A stretch of DNA of 64,000 nucleotides from positions 8,928,001 through 8,992,000 of the forward strand of contig CM120641.1 of assembly GCA_051362555.1 (NCBI GenBank), given 5' to 3'. Below are positions 1 to 12,620 of this stretch, in pieces. The notes under the pieces were generated by a model that was not told the origin of the DNA, ran no database searches, and saw only the letters and a program-made list of their open reading frames with translations. Every line of letters starts with the position of its first letter. Position 1 is the first letter of the stretch. Made by a program: the position numbers and the translations under genes. Source of the DNA: Lingula anatina. Lineage: Eukaryota > Animalia > Brachiopoda.

Positions 1-525
1 TCTGGTGTCGTTTTGAAAATTTATATTAGAAATATTCTGTTGATTGTAAGTATTAAAAAGCAAAACCATTGGACTTTCCGTAGAAAAAACATTTATTTTG
101 CCTTAATTCATTGTAAGGGGATTCCCTTTGTATTTATTGTGTTATATGTGGCCCCAAGGGGATTTTCCACCACTCCCTAGCTAGAGACCATTGTTGAAAC
201 AAACTCAATGGTTTAAAACTGAATTTGATACTTTCTTTTAAAAAGAAAATTTATTATTCGTTTTCATTCATTAAAAACCTTCTTTATACCATTATTTATT
301 TATTCTTAATTAAAACAAAACACATTTTATTGATAGATATTTTGGTTCTTGCAACACATCCCCCCCCCCCCCCCCCCCAACAACGTGACGTACGGAAACC
401 TCAATAAATCTGCCTAATTGAACTGTTTATTCATCAAAGACTCTCAAAAATCAATTAAATAAATTAAAATTTTATAAAAATGTATTTCAAAGCGTTTACA
501 TGGGATATATACTTCATTTTCGTAT

Positions 526-775
526 ATGGGGGCCAACTTGCCCCAACCCTGGGGCCAACTTGCCCCATGGCGGGGCAAGTTGGCCCCCCTGACGTCAACT
601 GCGTTTTTTGTCAAATTGTGAGCCACCTGGCATTATATTTGAAAAACAATGACGTTGCATACGTAGCTTAGTTCATGGGGCTTAGTTTGAAACCGGTTTT
701 GTTACTCTAACCCACTCCTAGTTGGCTCTACAAGGCCAAAAGTGTCTAACTGGGCCAACTAGTCCCCGTCTCCCC
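526..775. mobile_element. Right end of a related TA-flanked DNA transposon (left end not seen, may lie outside the window)
   Basis: Ends ...GGCCAACTAGTCCCCGTCTCCCC|TA like the 1335-1578 MITE; subterminal GGGGCCAACTTGCCCC repeats at about 528-590. Confidence 0.6.
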
Positions 776-1334
776 TACTTCTGTCTGCACAAATTTTGCG
801 TAGGCATCGACAAAAGCAGGGAGAAAGTGTCGCCATGGCAAGAGTTCTAAAAGTCTTCATCGCCTGTTCAATTCTTCTTTCGAAATTACTGCGTGAGTTT
901 CGCCTCCCTGAGCCTTGTGGATTGTGGCATTTAAAGATGTGATAGTGGCGATTGGGCGGCCGCTTGCGTTCGGTGCGCTTGCTGTGTTGTTGTCGAATGA
1001 TGCTGATTGATAATTGTTCGATAACGAAACGAAAGTACGTCGGTTTCATTGGTAACCCTGTCATTTTGTCTCGTTTACACTTGAAATAATATGTGAACAG
1101 TGTAACCACACAGCTCAGATGGGCCTGGCTGGACCTTGGCCATATTTAATGCAAGCCATAAAATAGCTGGCGCAGTTAGCGGGGGAATTAACTTTGAACC
1201 GAAAGTAGAATGCGCCGTAAGGGACAGGGCCCATACTCGGTTTGTAAAGTGCAGACAACTGGGCGAAGACTTTAATATTTTAAATAGGGCCTACTCTACC
1301 ATCCGATAGTAGGCCTACGAACATTGACAAATTA

Positions 1335-1578
1335 GGGGAGACCAGGACTAGTTAGACCCCGGGGTAAGTTGGCCCCCCACGAAGTCTCTTTAATAAAGTT
1401 ACTTTAAGATGCTAGATTATTTCATTTGGACTCACTGCCGACGCTTTCTTAGCACTATTGGATACGGTCACTTAACAAAATGATGTGATCAATTCTTTTA
1501 CCCCATAGTTAGGCCTACTTTGTCATAAATTGATGGGGGTCCAACTTACCCCGGGGTCCAACTAGCCCCGGTCTCCCC
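1335..1578. mobile_element. TA-flanked MITE (non-autonomous DNA transposon, Tc1/mariner-pogo-like ends)
   Basis: About 42-bp imperfect TIRs (GGGGAGACCAGGACTAGTTAGACCCCGGGGTAAGTTGG... / ...CCAACTTACCCCGGGGTCCAACTAGCCCCGGTCTCCCC), with TA at 1333-34 and 1579-80. Confidence 0.8.
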
Positions 1579-3126
1579 TACATGTTTATACACTTAGGAC
1601 ATGTTTAAACTAAAAAAAAGTATTAATTTTTTTATTTATGAAGATCGAACATAGGCCTATCTAAAGAACACTCGGGGCACAGTGCCGGAAGTTTTAACAA
1701 GAAAGAAATCCCCAATGACCCGGGGATATAAAGACTTTTAACAATGCCCTTACGAGAATGGTGTAATGATTATGTGTAGATACCCCCATCCCCCACCCTC
1801 TGGCTGTTTAATTCCCCGCCCTGTCGCGGGTTTCCGGGCGGGGTTTCAATAGGTGCATTAGGCCTATTGCCAAGATATCTTCGAGTAGGCTACAGTCTAA
1901 AAAATGTCACAATTGCAGCTTGACAAAATCGTAGAGGATACGGAGTCTGTGAATCCTTACAATTTTGTACGACTACCGCCTAGCGGCCTCTGCATGAATG
2001 CCGCAGAGAAAAGTGACATGCCCACACGGGCAGTTTTATGTCGGATCAGCCCGGGAGCCACCGGCTCATATGACGGTTATTTTGGAGAATATTAGATTGG
2101 GCCTCGTTTTCAAAACTTGAAGCGGCGGCCATATCCAATTTGGCGGGAGGAGCAGGCATAGAGACAGGTAAGATGAACAGACGTTTACACGCTGATATGT
2201 TGATAATTTTACTAATGCACTTGACAGAACGATAAAGTATGTTCTCAAGCTATATTTTTTATACCAAAGTAGTGTTCAAGTATCGGTTTCACTGAATCTT
2301 TTATCAAGTTACTGTCGTGTTCCAAAATGGCGGCACACAGAACCGAAATGTAAACACGTTCTTTTGAATTGTGCCAAATGCAGATGAAGGTGATTTTTCT
2401 TTGTCTGTTCAGTTTTTTTTATAGTGTGACATTTGTTTTTGAATATGTTAAAATTTTAGGAAGGAACCTAACCTGCAACTTATCGATTTTCTACATGTAC
2501 GACAGGCAGTATATTTTGCAATGTTCCAAGTAACTACAGCAGCAGTCTCGTGTTACATCTTGAATGAATGTCGAAGTTTAATAATGAATTCTTGTCTTTT
2601 TATGCATTTCTTGTTGTTTTGGAGTTAACTAGATTAAATTTACTTCATGAAATGACAGTGTGTGTGGTTGTAGTGCTCACAGTAAAGTGACTATGGGGAA
2701 TGTACTGCCTATGTCTTGTATGAATGTCACAGTAAGATATTGAGAATTTGCCTTCTTCTGATATTTTTTTGTGTTTTGGTGTTTATTAGATGAAATGGCT
2801 TGTGAAATGACATGCAGTATACTTGATTCTGCATAGATAGATATATTATGAGAGGGAGATAGATCACTTTTGAGGATATGAAAGTCATTGTTTAGATATT
2901 CTGCAAATCCCTTTTCATGCTATTTCTTTGCATTTTGATTTAAGTAAGATGAAAAAAATACAGAAAATGTAATATTATCCATGAAAAGGAGTTAAACTTA
3001 TACAGGAATGTCCAATAAATAATAGGTTTATCTACCTTTTTTTTTTACTTTCCATGACCTTGATCATTGACAGTACAAAGGCTTATATTAAGCTATCATA
3101 ATAAGGTATCAGTATTACACAGCTGA

Positions 3127-3128
<2 letters not shown>

Positions 3129-3183
<55 letters not shown>
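3129..3183. repeat. (AT)n microsatellite
   Basis: Direct reading; followed by a 26-bp perfect tandem duplication at 3197-3248. Confidence 0.95.
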
Positions 3184-3184
<1 letters not shown>

Positions 3185-5506
3185 TGCCAAATATAGTGAA
3201 GCTTTTCATAAGTCTGTTGTAATGAAGCTTTTCATAAGTCTGTTGTAATATATCTTGAACATATTTTTTATTTTATCATAAATTGAATAATATATCATGC
3301 CCAACAAAAACCTTAGAGAGGATATTTACTATGGGAAAGTCAATTTAAGGTACTGGCATGTCAGTGAAGAGCATTGTTATCAGCCCCACGTGTGTGCATG
3401 GGGTGAGTGTAGGGGTACACATGCTTGTAAATTACCCAATGAAACTATTTTCACACTTGTAACTTTTATATTTGTGAAAGATACAAAATTGAAAAACAAT
3501 CACAAGCATCTTTTCAAATATATGAATAACAAATTTTAACTTTTCACATGTTTACTTCTTTGTCAGGAGACAAATGTATGATATCAACATGAGTGAAATT
3601 TTTTTTCTCTAAAATGAGTTTTATTTCTTACATTACATATTGCAACCTTCATTGGTTGACCATTTTCAATAGATAAACACTTTGCATAATAAAATGCCAG
3701 TATTACATTGTGTGTTTTCAAAATGCAAATTTTTGTTATAAGGAAAAGTTTATTTTTGTTAAAAATCTCCCCTGCACAAACCTGCAAAAACATGGGTTAT
3801 AAGTTTGTGAAGGAAAATTGTTTCATGAAAAAAGAACATTATATTTGCAAAATTCCTCCTTTGTTTTAATTTATAAATTTGTGTATTTTATGAAACAAAA
3901 TGTACCAGTACAATAATTAGTGTATGGTAGTTGTGAACACTAGTTTGTACTTCCTAAACTCTTCAGGGCTTCATCTAAATGGGATCTTAATTGATTTAAA
4001 GATACGCATGTTTGCCACAGTTCAGCTCCTGATCGTGAGCTTTGTTTATCTATACTGATACACTTTAAGAGTAAAAAGTGCTATTTAAGATAATTCAATT
4101 GTTACCAGCTTCCCTAATAAATTACCAAAATTGTGATTTATTACTTATATTGATTTTAGTGTGTATTGTTGTTGTTGTTTTGTGTGTGTGTAAAAAGATA
4201 TATGCAATTACAAAAGTTTTCCTGTAAAACTTTTTAATATTTAATCATATATTTTTTCTAGGCTTGAAGAACATGAATGGGACCAGGACAAATTCTTTTT
4301 CCAATTCCTTGGCCTGCAGTTTTTATGACAGAATCACCTATCATTTCCAAATACTGTATGGCAGTGAGCACCATCACAACCTCTGACATTCTTTTAAAGA
4401 CTGAAAAATATTTTTGTGCTGTGCTAGCTGTTGCTAATAATAATATTTATTGATCATCAGTATTACTACATTTGTCATATATTTTACCAGTATATGTGAA
4501 CCATGCACCATAGGTAAGGTATGCTAAGTTTAGCTTTTGCATACATGACATGCCTTGTAGACAGAAATTTACACTTATAAAAATAAATTCAAATGCAAGT
4601 ATGGATTGGTGTACAGGACTAACTGGGTATCGGTGAAAAAACTGCTGACCCAAGGTAAATTTATAAAATAATATTATTATTAATATTGATCCTGTTTTTA
4701 AAAGGAGTGGTGTGTTTGTTGGTTAACTGTATGTACTGATTAATAAGTGTAAAATAATCGCCATATTGATGTGTTGCTAAAATAAAAAAAAAATTTTGCC
4801 ACAAATAAACGTGTATTACATGTATGAAAATAAAATATAGCAAATTGAATTAATGTATCTTTTGTTTTGTTTTTTCATTTTTTCATAAAAAAGGAACTCT
4901 TATTGGTTGGCCTCATATAATAAATAAATGCTTATTTATAAAGAAAAAATATGAAATGTTTATTTTCCTCCATTCTTCCTGTGCCAGCTTCATTTGACTA
5001 TATAGACAATAATGAGCGGCGGAAAAACCAAAACGAGGTCAGAATACCAACAGAATGTACTGAGTCAAAACGAGGCTGGTACACGGTTGTTGCAAGGAAG
5101 ACATTTTTTGCATACACGGGTGTGAATTGATTTGTGCCATTCCTGGATGAAGGTAAAGTTCCTTACATGCTTACATTTACAGAAAGCTGAATAAATTTGC
5201 CACAGCTTACTGGTAATTTGAAATTGGAACCTGTTCTCTAAGAATGCAAGCATTAGAGTCAAAGTTGAACTTCCGCTGTAGCTTAAGTAAAATATTTGGT
5301 TTCAAACTCGTTTTTCTCCACAAAATAGGGTTTAAATCAACTCGAGGAGCATCTGACATGATTTGCAATTTACTTTTAAAAATGATAATATACATAACAA
5401 AACTTTTATATCCTGAAAGGCCGAGATATTCCACCGTTTCTGACACCCTACAAATCTCAAAAAATTTCACCAAATTCAAATTCTTGAACTTCCGGTTTGG
5501 TTAAAA

Positions 5507-5521
5507 GCCACCTAGCGGCAG
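5507..5521 (-). promoter_or_regulatory. CTCF-like motif inside the right end of the Academ-like element
   Basis: Minus strand CTGCCGCTAGGTGGC fits the CTCF core CC(A/G)(C/G)(C/T)AG(A/G)(G/T)GGC; binding is not demonstrated. Confidence 0.35.
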
Positions 5522-5679
5522 ACCGGTGGCTCCCAGGCTGGATAGGGCCATTTCGCCTAGCATTTTACGTGCACGTGCAACCACAAACGTGCCTCCAACA
5601 ACTAAAGAGTAGACTCATGACGATAAGATGATACGCACTGCACTGACCTTAAAATGCGGTCATTTGTGAACATTTGAAC

Positions 5680-5931
5680 ATGAAAAAGTCGGTACACATG
5701 ATTGTACCTGATGCTCAGTGTGGAGGCTCGGAACCTTCGACTCACAATGACCTGCTCAATGCACAGGCCGCGAACCGGCGGGCAAGAGTGGCTCTGGCTG
5801 GAGCATACCGTGGCCTTGACAAGCTAGGTTTAAATGAAGGGATCGATAATCACCTTAGTGTGAGGGCGCCTGCCGCAAATGGAGAGGGCGAAGTTCTGTT
5901 GCTTATTCCCTACGGGCTTCATTGGTCTGAG
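5680..5931 (+). CDS. Class II aldolase/adducin N-terminal domain protein, copy A, exon 1
   Basis: MKKSVH...ARVALAGAYRGLDKLGLNEGIDNHLS...PYGLHWSE; GT donor at 5932, phase 0; alternative ATG at 5698. Confidence 0.85.
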
Positions 5932-6846
5932 GTATTGTAAGATGATCATCCTTGATGCTTGGACCTCCTTTCTTAGGGACCGATTATTCTTTAAGTTAGT
6001 GGGTGGGGTGGGGTGGGGTGAAGGGGAAAATGGTGGGCCCTGGAAATTTTAAAGGAAAAATTTGGGGGAGGGGGTGTCTTGAAATTTGAAAACGACAGTC
6101 TTGAGAAAAGTTAGTTTGGCTCCTCTCTCTCTCTCTCTGACCTACTTTAATTCTGCTAAGAATGCAAGGTTTTGGATGATAAATAGGCCCTCTAGCAAGT
6201 TACGTGCACACTACCCTTCTTTACCTTTATAAGGTTTCGTGGTTATTGCCGCTGTTTTGGAATAATGAAAAAAAATTATTGTGAAGAGTGGAAATATGAA
6301 TCTTTTTGCGTCTTTTAGCAAGAAATAGGCCTGTATGTCAGTGTGTTTCTTGTCTGTTTTAATGATTAAAAACAGTACTGATAATCCTATAACCGGCGTG
6401 ACACAGATAAATGGGCCATTCATATTTTTTGAAAGTGGTTAGTATCATGTTTTAACAGTAAAGTAAAGTAAAGTACAATTGTTTGGTGAATTGCACATGG
6501 TTAACTATGCCCTTCAACTGCTTTCATTTTAAAAGTAAAATATATTTTAAAAAATTGATGCGTGACCAAGTTTCCAAATTTGGCAGCGACAACATTTTGG
6601 CATTCATTTGATATTCTTTTATTTTAACTTAATTAAACTTATATCTTGAAAGGCTTTTAAGGTACTTTCGTTTTTTAAAGAATAATTGGCCTGAAACCGT
6701 CAGTCTTAAAAAATAGGTATACAACATAAGTCATTTTTAACCACATGTAAAAACACATGTTTTAGTATAAAAGGCTATTATTTCATTATTGGTATACCTT
6801 TCTTTTAAGGGAACTACAAAACGTTGTAGTGTCTTAAATTTTTTAG

Positions 6847-7012
6847 GTTACGGCTTCTTCACTAGTGGGTCTAAACGAGAAGGATGAAGTGGTTGAAGGA
6901 GAAGGACACGCCGATATAGCCGCAGCTTCCATACACCGAGGCATTCACAACGCTAGAAGTGAAGACGTCTCATGTGTGATGCACACCCACATGCCTTACG
7001 CCACAGCACTGG
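6847..7012 (+). CDS. Class II aldolase copy A, exon 2
   Basis: ttttag|GTT...; VTASSLV...IHRGIH...CVMHTHMPYATAL (HxH metal ligands); G|GTAGG donor, phase 1. Confidence 0.92.
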
Positions 7013-7304
7013 GTAGGTTTAAATGAAGAATAAAATTGGCATGCGATACTGTCTTCAGACAAGCCACACTTTTTTTAAGCATATACAAACACAATACAGC
7101 ACATTACAAAGAAGACAAACATACAAGGACATGAAATACATCATAGAATCAGAAAACACATTACATTACAAATACAAAAAGATACGCTACATCAGTACAG
7201 TTTTATAACTAATACTACACAATACACAGTACACAGACAAGCCACACTTGGTTGTGTCAAGTATAGGGAATGTGGTTTTAAATCTCAGTCTCGTGTCATT
7301 TCAG

Positions 7305-7549
7305 CGGTTTTACAGGACCCCACTCTTCGCATGTGTCACCAAAATTCTCTCAGATTCTACGACAATGTTGCCTATGACAAGGAATACCAAGGCTTTGTTG
7401 AAAATGTCTGCGAGGGAGACCGCATAGCAAAGGCACTGGGCAAAAACGACGCCATGATCATGAGGAGTCACGGGGCCCTGGCTGTAGGTCCAACTATTGC
7501 CAGAGCCTTTGACACAATGTACTACTTGGAGAGGGCCTGTCAAATACAG
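7305..7549 (+). CDS. Class II aldolase copy A, exon 3
   Basis: tttcag|CG; MCHQNSLRFY...EGDRIAKALG...MRSHG...FDTMYYLERACQIQ; CAG|GTAAC donor. Confidence 0.92.
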
Positions 7550-7599
7550 GTAACTTCTCCCATAGTAAACTTATGAATCATAAATAACAGCTCTCTCTC

Positions 7600-7635
<36 letters not shown>

Positions 7636-7760
7636 CATCAACTTTTTTGCCTGTTAATGCTGAAAAAGACAGATTGAGAGTATGTAAATCCGTCCGCTAA
7701 GCGTGGCTTACATATCTGTAAACTATTTTGACGGTGTTTATAATGTTTTTTATTGTTAAG

Positions 7761-7922
7761 GTCATGGCAATGTGGACAGGGCAACCACTGGTTGAAATAG
7801 ACGAAGAAACATGTAAGAAATCGAAGACAATCGTCGACCGGACGGGAGACGAATATGCAAGCGCTTTCTTTGAAAGTGTACTGCGAAGATTACGAAAGGA
7901 GTGTCCAGATTTTGAAAATTGA
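7761..7922 (+). CDS. Class II aldolase copy A, exon 4 (spliced product about 274 aa)
   Basis: aag|GTCATG; VMAMWTGQPL...CPDFEN*; the frame is continuous across all four exons. Confidence 0.9.
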   Translation, partial: VMAMWTGQPLVEIDEETCKKSKTIVDRTGDEYASAFFESVLRRLRKECPDFEN

Positions 7923-8400
7923 AGTCAAAGCTTCTCATTTAATTTGTCAACGAAAATAATCGTGATTTGAAAAATAACGCAGCCTCACACTTGATTAAAA
8001 CAATGGGCTGTATAAAGATCTATGATTAAACCAAAGCTGTCTGTAACTTGTAAAGACTGAGTCAAGTGCGGGCTGTCTTGTCAACTGGCGCTGTTGTTTT
8101 CTAAAGTTGCTGTCATTTTTCCCATAAGGTTCAGGAGTTGCTCTATTTCAAGAAATACAACTGTTGTGAACCGTCTAAAACGACTTTAATTCATAACTGT
8201 ACTGAATTTCAGTGTATCAATTTCCATTAACGAATTAACTAATCTATGGGCTCCAACATGACTCCAGATTCGACTCAGTCTTTCACTTTACGTGCACAGG
8301 GAAGCATAACAGAACAACCTTACATAGAATTGAACAAGATGTGAGGACAGCGAGAGCTATGGAAGAGGTTGGGAGCGACGGAGCACGGAGACGCAGTTTA

Positions 8401-8615
8401 CACCCCATTTCCATAGATTAGATCGACCTACTTTAGATCGACCTAACTCCCTGGGGGTTCACGCTAAATAGCTGTCAGCCGGGCGGACACGAAGGTTAAT
8501 TACCCCCTTGCAGCTTGTAGTAGGCGGGACGGACATTTAAGTCGGATTATCTGAAAGTAATCTAGTGAGACTCCCCGCGGGGATAGATCGATCTAAAATC
8601 TATGGGAATAGGGCC
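8401..8615. mobile_element. PIF/Harbinger-like MITE
   Basis: Imperfect TIRs (CCCCATTTCCATAGATTAGATCGAC / GATCGATCTAAAATCTATGGGAATAGGGCC) flanked by TTA on both sides. Confidence 0.6.
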
Positions 8616-8857
8616 TTAGAGCAAGGGGTTGGAGACTTCACGTAGAATATGTAACTACCGAGCGTCAACCCTAATTACTTTTAATTGTAAAGTTAGTTTC
8701 TTTACTACGGCGTATACAAAGAGGCCGCCGCATTACTCAAGAGCTATTGGACTATAACACATTACGTCATATGACTTCAAAAGATATCTATGTCGGCCAC
8801 GACACAACGTTGCAATGTTCAATGATGAAAGATTTTCAAAATAAAATGTGCAGCATT

Positions 8858-9700
8858 CTAAAACTAGCAGAGATACGCTCATATAGTTACTATTGAACTA
8901 TTGAATGGGAGTCATATTGGCAATCTTAATGTGGCCTTGGATTTGGGATTTGGCCTGCTGGAACTTTCCACCGTGAACTGTACTTTGCTAAATTTCCCTG
9001 TCTTTGTTTTCTCAAAACTGGCAGAGACACATCCATAGTCACTTTTGAACTTAAATAGAAAAACATGCTGGCAATCTTAATGTGACCTTGAATTTGACCC
9101 TTGACCTGCTTTTCGCCATGAACTGAACTTTGAAAAAATTCTAGCCCTTATGTCCCCAATACTACCCTAGGTTCTAGATTCCGGTATTGTCAGCTCGATC
9201 TTGATTTCATATATAACCCAAAAAAAAAAGCGACTCCACCACGAGGTATATTTAGCAAGCTAGCTTTTACGTTTCTCTGACACTCAGGGTACCCAATACT
9301 GGCTGAGATACACATATAGTTACTATTAAACTTGAATAGGAAATCAAGTATTGGGTACACTGTATATAAATGTGGCGCTGAATTTGATCTTTGACCTATT
9401 TTTCTCGCCATGAAGTGCAGTTTGCAAATTTTTTGGCCCTTATGTATCTCCAAAACTAGCAAAGATACACTCATAGTTTCTATTAACTTGAATAAAAAAT
9501 GATATAATGGACATTTAGATGTGATGGTGATTTTGATCTTTGGCTTACATGTTTACTTCTCACCATGAAATACATGTTTCAAATTACCTAGCCTTTATAT
9601 CTCAAATAATACCAGAAATACAACCATGGTTGCTCTTGACCTCGAACAGAAAATCATATATTGAGCATTTTAATGTAACCGTGTTCACATTTCGAGATTT
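8858..9700. repeat. Degenerate tandem repeat of about 155 bp (about 5 copies), Helentron/HINE-like satellite
   Basis: Recurring AAAACTAGCAGAGATACAC-CATAGTTACTATTGAACT and TGACCTTGAATTTGACC motifs near 8858, 9011, 9291, 9449 and 9600. Confidence 0.6.
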
Positions 9701-11008
9701 CCAGGGTAGGTATGTATTTGAACTTTAGTAGGCTACATGTACGTACCTGTTGTGTTGATTTTTTCTGTTAAGCATATTGTAAAATTGCATCAAAATGGAC
9801 AATAAACTTTTTTGGTGCATCGTTATTTGCTTTAATGTCTGTACATTTAACAGCTTTGCTACTTGCTCTGTTTATCTTTTTCATTTCTTATATGACTATG
9901 AATAAATGTAGCGCCAACTAATTGAGCGACACCTGTTGATGTTCTGCATACATTCCCCAGGTTTTTTTTAGCCGATTCCCCCTATAAAACGCCCGTTGAC
10001 ATCCAGGCACTGGTTACACAGGAACAACCACAATTTGGTCCCTTCATTCATTGGTCTATTGGTCCTACTTCCAACAATTGAGGTCACATTTATGCTGACA
10101 AGAGAGTACGCTAAGCCTCCTTAACATGAGTAAATGTAGGATTCAGCTCCCCCCTCCCCCCCCCCCCCACCCCCCACACACACACACACACACAAAGAAA
10201 AGAAAACCTAATCAGGTAAATTGCAAAAGTCTTTAAAAAACCTAATTCTCTTTCAGCAAAAAGCGAGGGGGGTCTTTTTTCCTTTCTGTATAGCCAGATT
10301 CCACCAGTGCCTTTGCACATTTAGAAGCAGATAAAACCAGAGGTGTTACATAAAATATAAAGGATATATGTGTTATATTATTCTATGAAGGCCTATATTT
10401 ATCGACAGTTAATGTTAAATATAACTTAACCTTAAGAAACACATTTAATGAAATTTAACTCGGCCATGTTTTAATAACTAACAGCTTGGCCACCTTTTAC
10501 CGGCATACGATCGATGAACTCGTTTATGGTTGTTGGAACATTATGGCCGTGATAAAGTAGAATGTCATTTTGCCAAATTGTGCTTTATCTTTTGCACTTT
10601 TCTAAAATGATTGATGTGTCGACTGGACAAAAACAATCACAGTGAAATGTTCTCATTCCGATTTGAGTAATTTTTAGGTTACAGTGTGTTGGGCATTTAA
10701 CTGTTTTTGTCTTTCTACATGCGTCACAAACAAAATGCAATAGAAAAAATATGGCGTATGTGGTATGCGAGTAATCTACCAATCTAAACTTTGAATGTTG
10801 TGATAATACGCAGGAACGCAGGGTGGATTTATGAAAAAAATCAGTATGGTATGTCACGTAGGCCCTACATGTACGAATGTAATGGAAGTACGACTTTGCT
10901 TTGATAGTATGGGAACGTTAAAAAAACTCAGACGACATTCGCATCCGTTTATTTAGTTATTTATACCAACCGTTTGGTGTACGTGGGGTTGGGTAGATAG
11001 CACGTAAC

Positions 11009-12093
11009 GGCCGGTGTGAAAGGAATGCATGTCCCCCAGGAACGGAGGTCCTCCGGACCTCCGTTCCTGGGAAAACATGTCCTATGGACGTGCGTTCCCT
11101 AGGATGTACTGTCCTACCCGGACCTAGATTCCCAGCTTTATTTATACGCAGGTAGGACATGTATTCCTGTCGGACAGAGTTTCCTTTCACATATACACAG
11201 AAACGCATGTCCTACATAATTAATGTCCGCACAATAATTATAAACACGGGGCCATAAGTATCGGTAATTTTCGGTCGGCTGGCAGCAGCTTCCACACAGG
11301 CTCATCAGTAAGACGGCTGGATGAATTACCAACAGCGTAGAGAAACGTAAGTGAGTTCGAATCCTAGGCAGCGATGTTATTCTATATGCAAATGTTATCC
11401 TAATTTACTCTCCATTTCAACGAAATAAACGCACTACATGTTGATTTTTAACTGTTTGATAAAATATCATCATTTTTAATTTTTAACGTTGTGCTATTTT
11501 AGAATTCCTTTAGTAACTCGAGGGTGATTATACGAGGCCGTGGGTAAATTTTATTGGATAATTGTACGCAAAAGAGCATATACTTTCTAATTTCACCGAA
11601 AAACACAAAGAATTAAAATGGGAAGTTCGGGATCCATATTCAAGGAAAAATTGCGCTCAAAAGAATTTTAATACTAATAGTAAAAATGCACGTATAAACA
11701 ATAACAGACACATTCAATTTATTTATCATACACTTATACACGTTTCATTTACAGTCTCAAACTGCATATCATGTCTCTCTAACTACAAATATTCCCAATG
11801 AAAATCGAGGCACTAAGTATAAATTAATTAACTTTCACCCAAACGATATGTATATCAGTACCTGAACAGCTCGAACGTCATCGAGAAGTGTTCTACACGC
11901 ACTTGTGAGTATATCACGAGAGGGTGGCTGTGTATTATTTCACACACTCGTATGTTACCTAAAAACACCCCGTAAAACGTAAAATGTAATGTGATGCGTC
12001 TAAGGACAAACACATATTAGTTAGAAATGGGCACGAGCCAAAATCCAAAGCTGTGTACCCCAGACATACAGTTGTATTTTATCATATTAATCG

Positions 12094-12137
<44 letters not shown>

Positions 12138-12560
12138 ATTTGTAGTCATTTTTTTCGTTTACGTAAAATATCTTATGTTAGCCGAATAAAGTGTGTATAG
12201 AGGTACATGTATACAAATAATTCTAATAAGCGTAATAACATTCTTAAACATCGCGTTTAAAACTTCTAAAATTAACACATCATTCATATGAAAATGTCGG
12301 AAGACATCTATTACTAGTCTAGCTGGGAAAATACGTCCGACTAGGACATCGATACCTGTTTGCAGGACTTAGAATACTAAGTAATGGATGTCCACTGGAC
12401 GTTAAATCCCAGGAAATTATGTCCTAGGACATGCGTTCCTAGGAATGGAAGAGCCAGGACATGCATTCCCAGGACTTAGTGTCCGCAGGACATTAATGCC
12501 TAGGAATACATGTCCCACGGACATGCATTACGGCGGACATCCATTCCCTTCACACCGGCC
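11009..12560. mobile_element. 1.55-kb non-autonomous TIR (foldback/MULE-like) element
   Basis: 26-bp TIR GGCCGGTGTGAA(A/G)GGAATG(C/G)ATGTCC (24/26) plus arrays of GGACATGCATTCC(C/T)AGGA-like subterminal repeats at both ends; internal (AT)n; TSD not clear. Confidence 0.75.
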
Positions 12561-12620
12561 TCAATATTTTAACCGATCTTTCTAGGTAAACACTGACAAC
12601 TCACGTTGCGAACGCAGACC

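Larger units (their letters stand above)
2047..5540. mobile_element. 3.5-kb non-autonomous TIR element, Academ-like
   Basis: 18-bp TIR CAGCC(C/T)GGGAGCCACCGG (17/18 match), 3-bp TSD GAT (2044-46 and 5541-43). YAG termini with a 3-bp TSD are typical of Academ. No transposase ORF seen. Confidence 0.7.

Noticed and set aside
1770-1860. GC hairpin ending ...GGTGCATTA (IS3EU-like right end)
   Set aside because: No matching left end found
6000-6030. G-quadruplex-forming (GGGGT)n run in aldolase A intron 1
   Set aside because: Common low-complexity tract with no evidence of function
8052-8283. 12-bp inverted repeat AAAGACTGAGTC about 230 bp apart
   Set aside because: Short, with no TSD; may be a MITE but unsupported
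11265-11320. Minus-strand CTGATGA...GAAA hammerhead candidate
   Set aside because: Stem II and the flanking stems do not pair
11345-11375. B-box-like GAGTTCGAATCC (tRNA or SINE head)
   Set aside because: No cloverleaf or convincing A-box; lies inside a transposon
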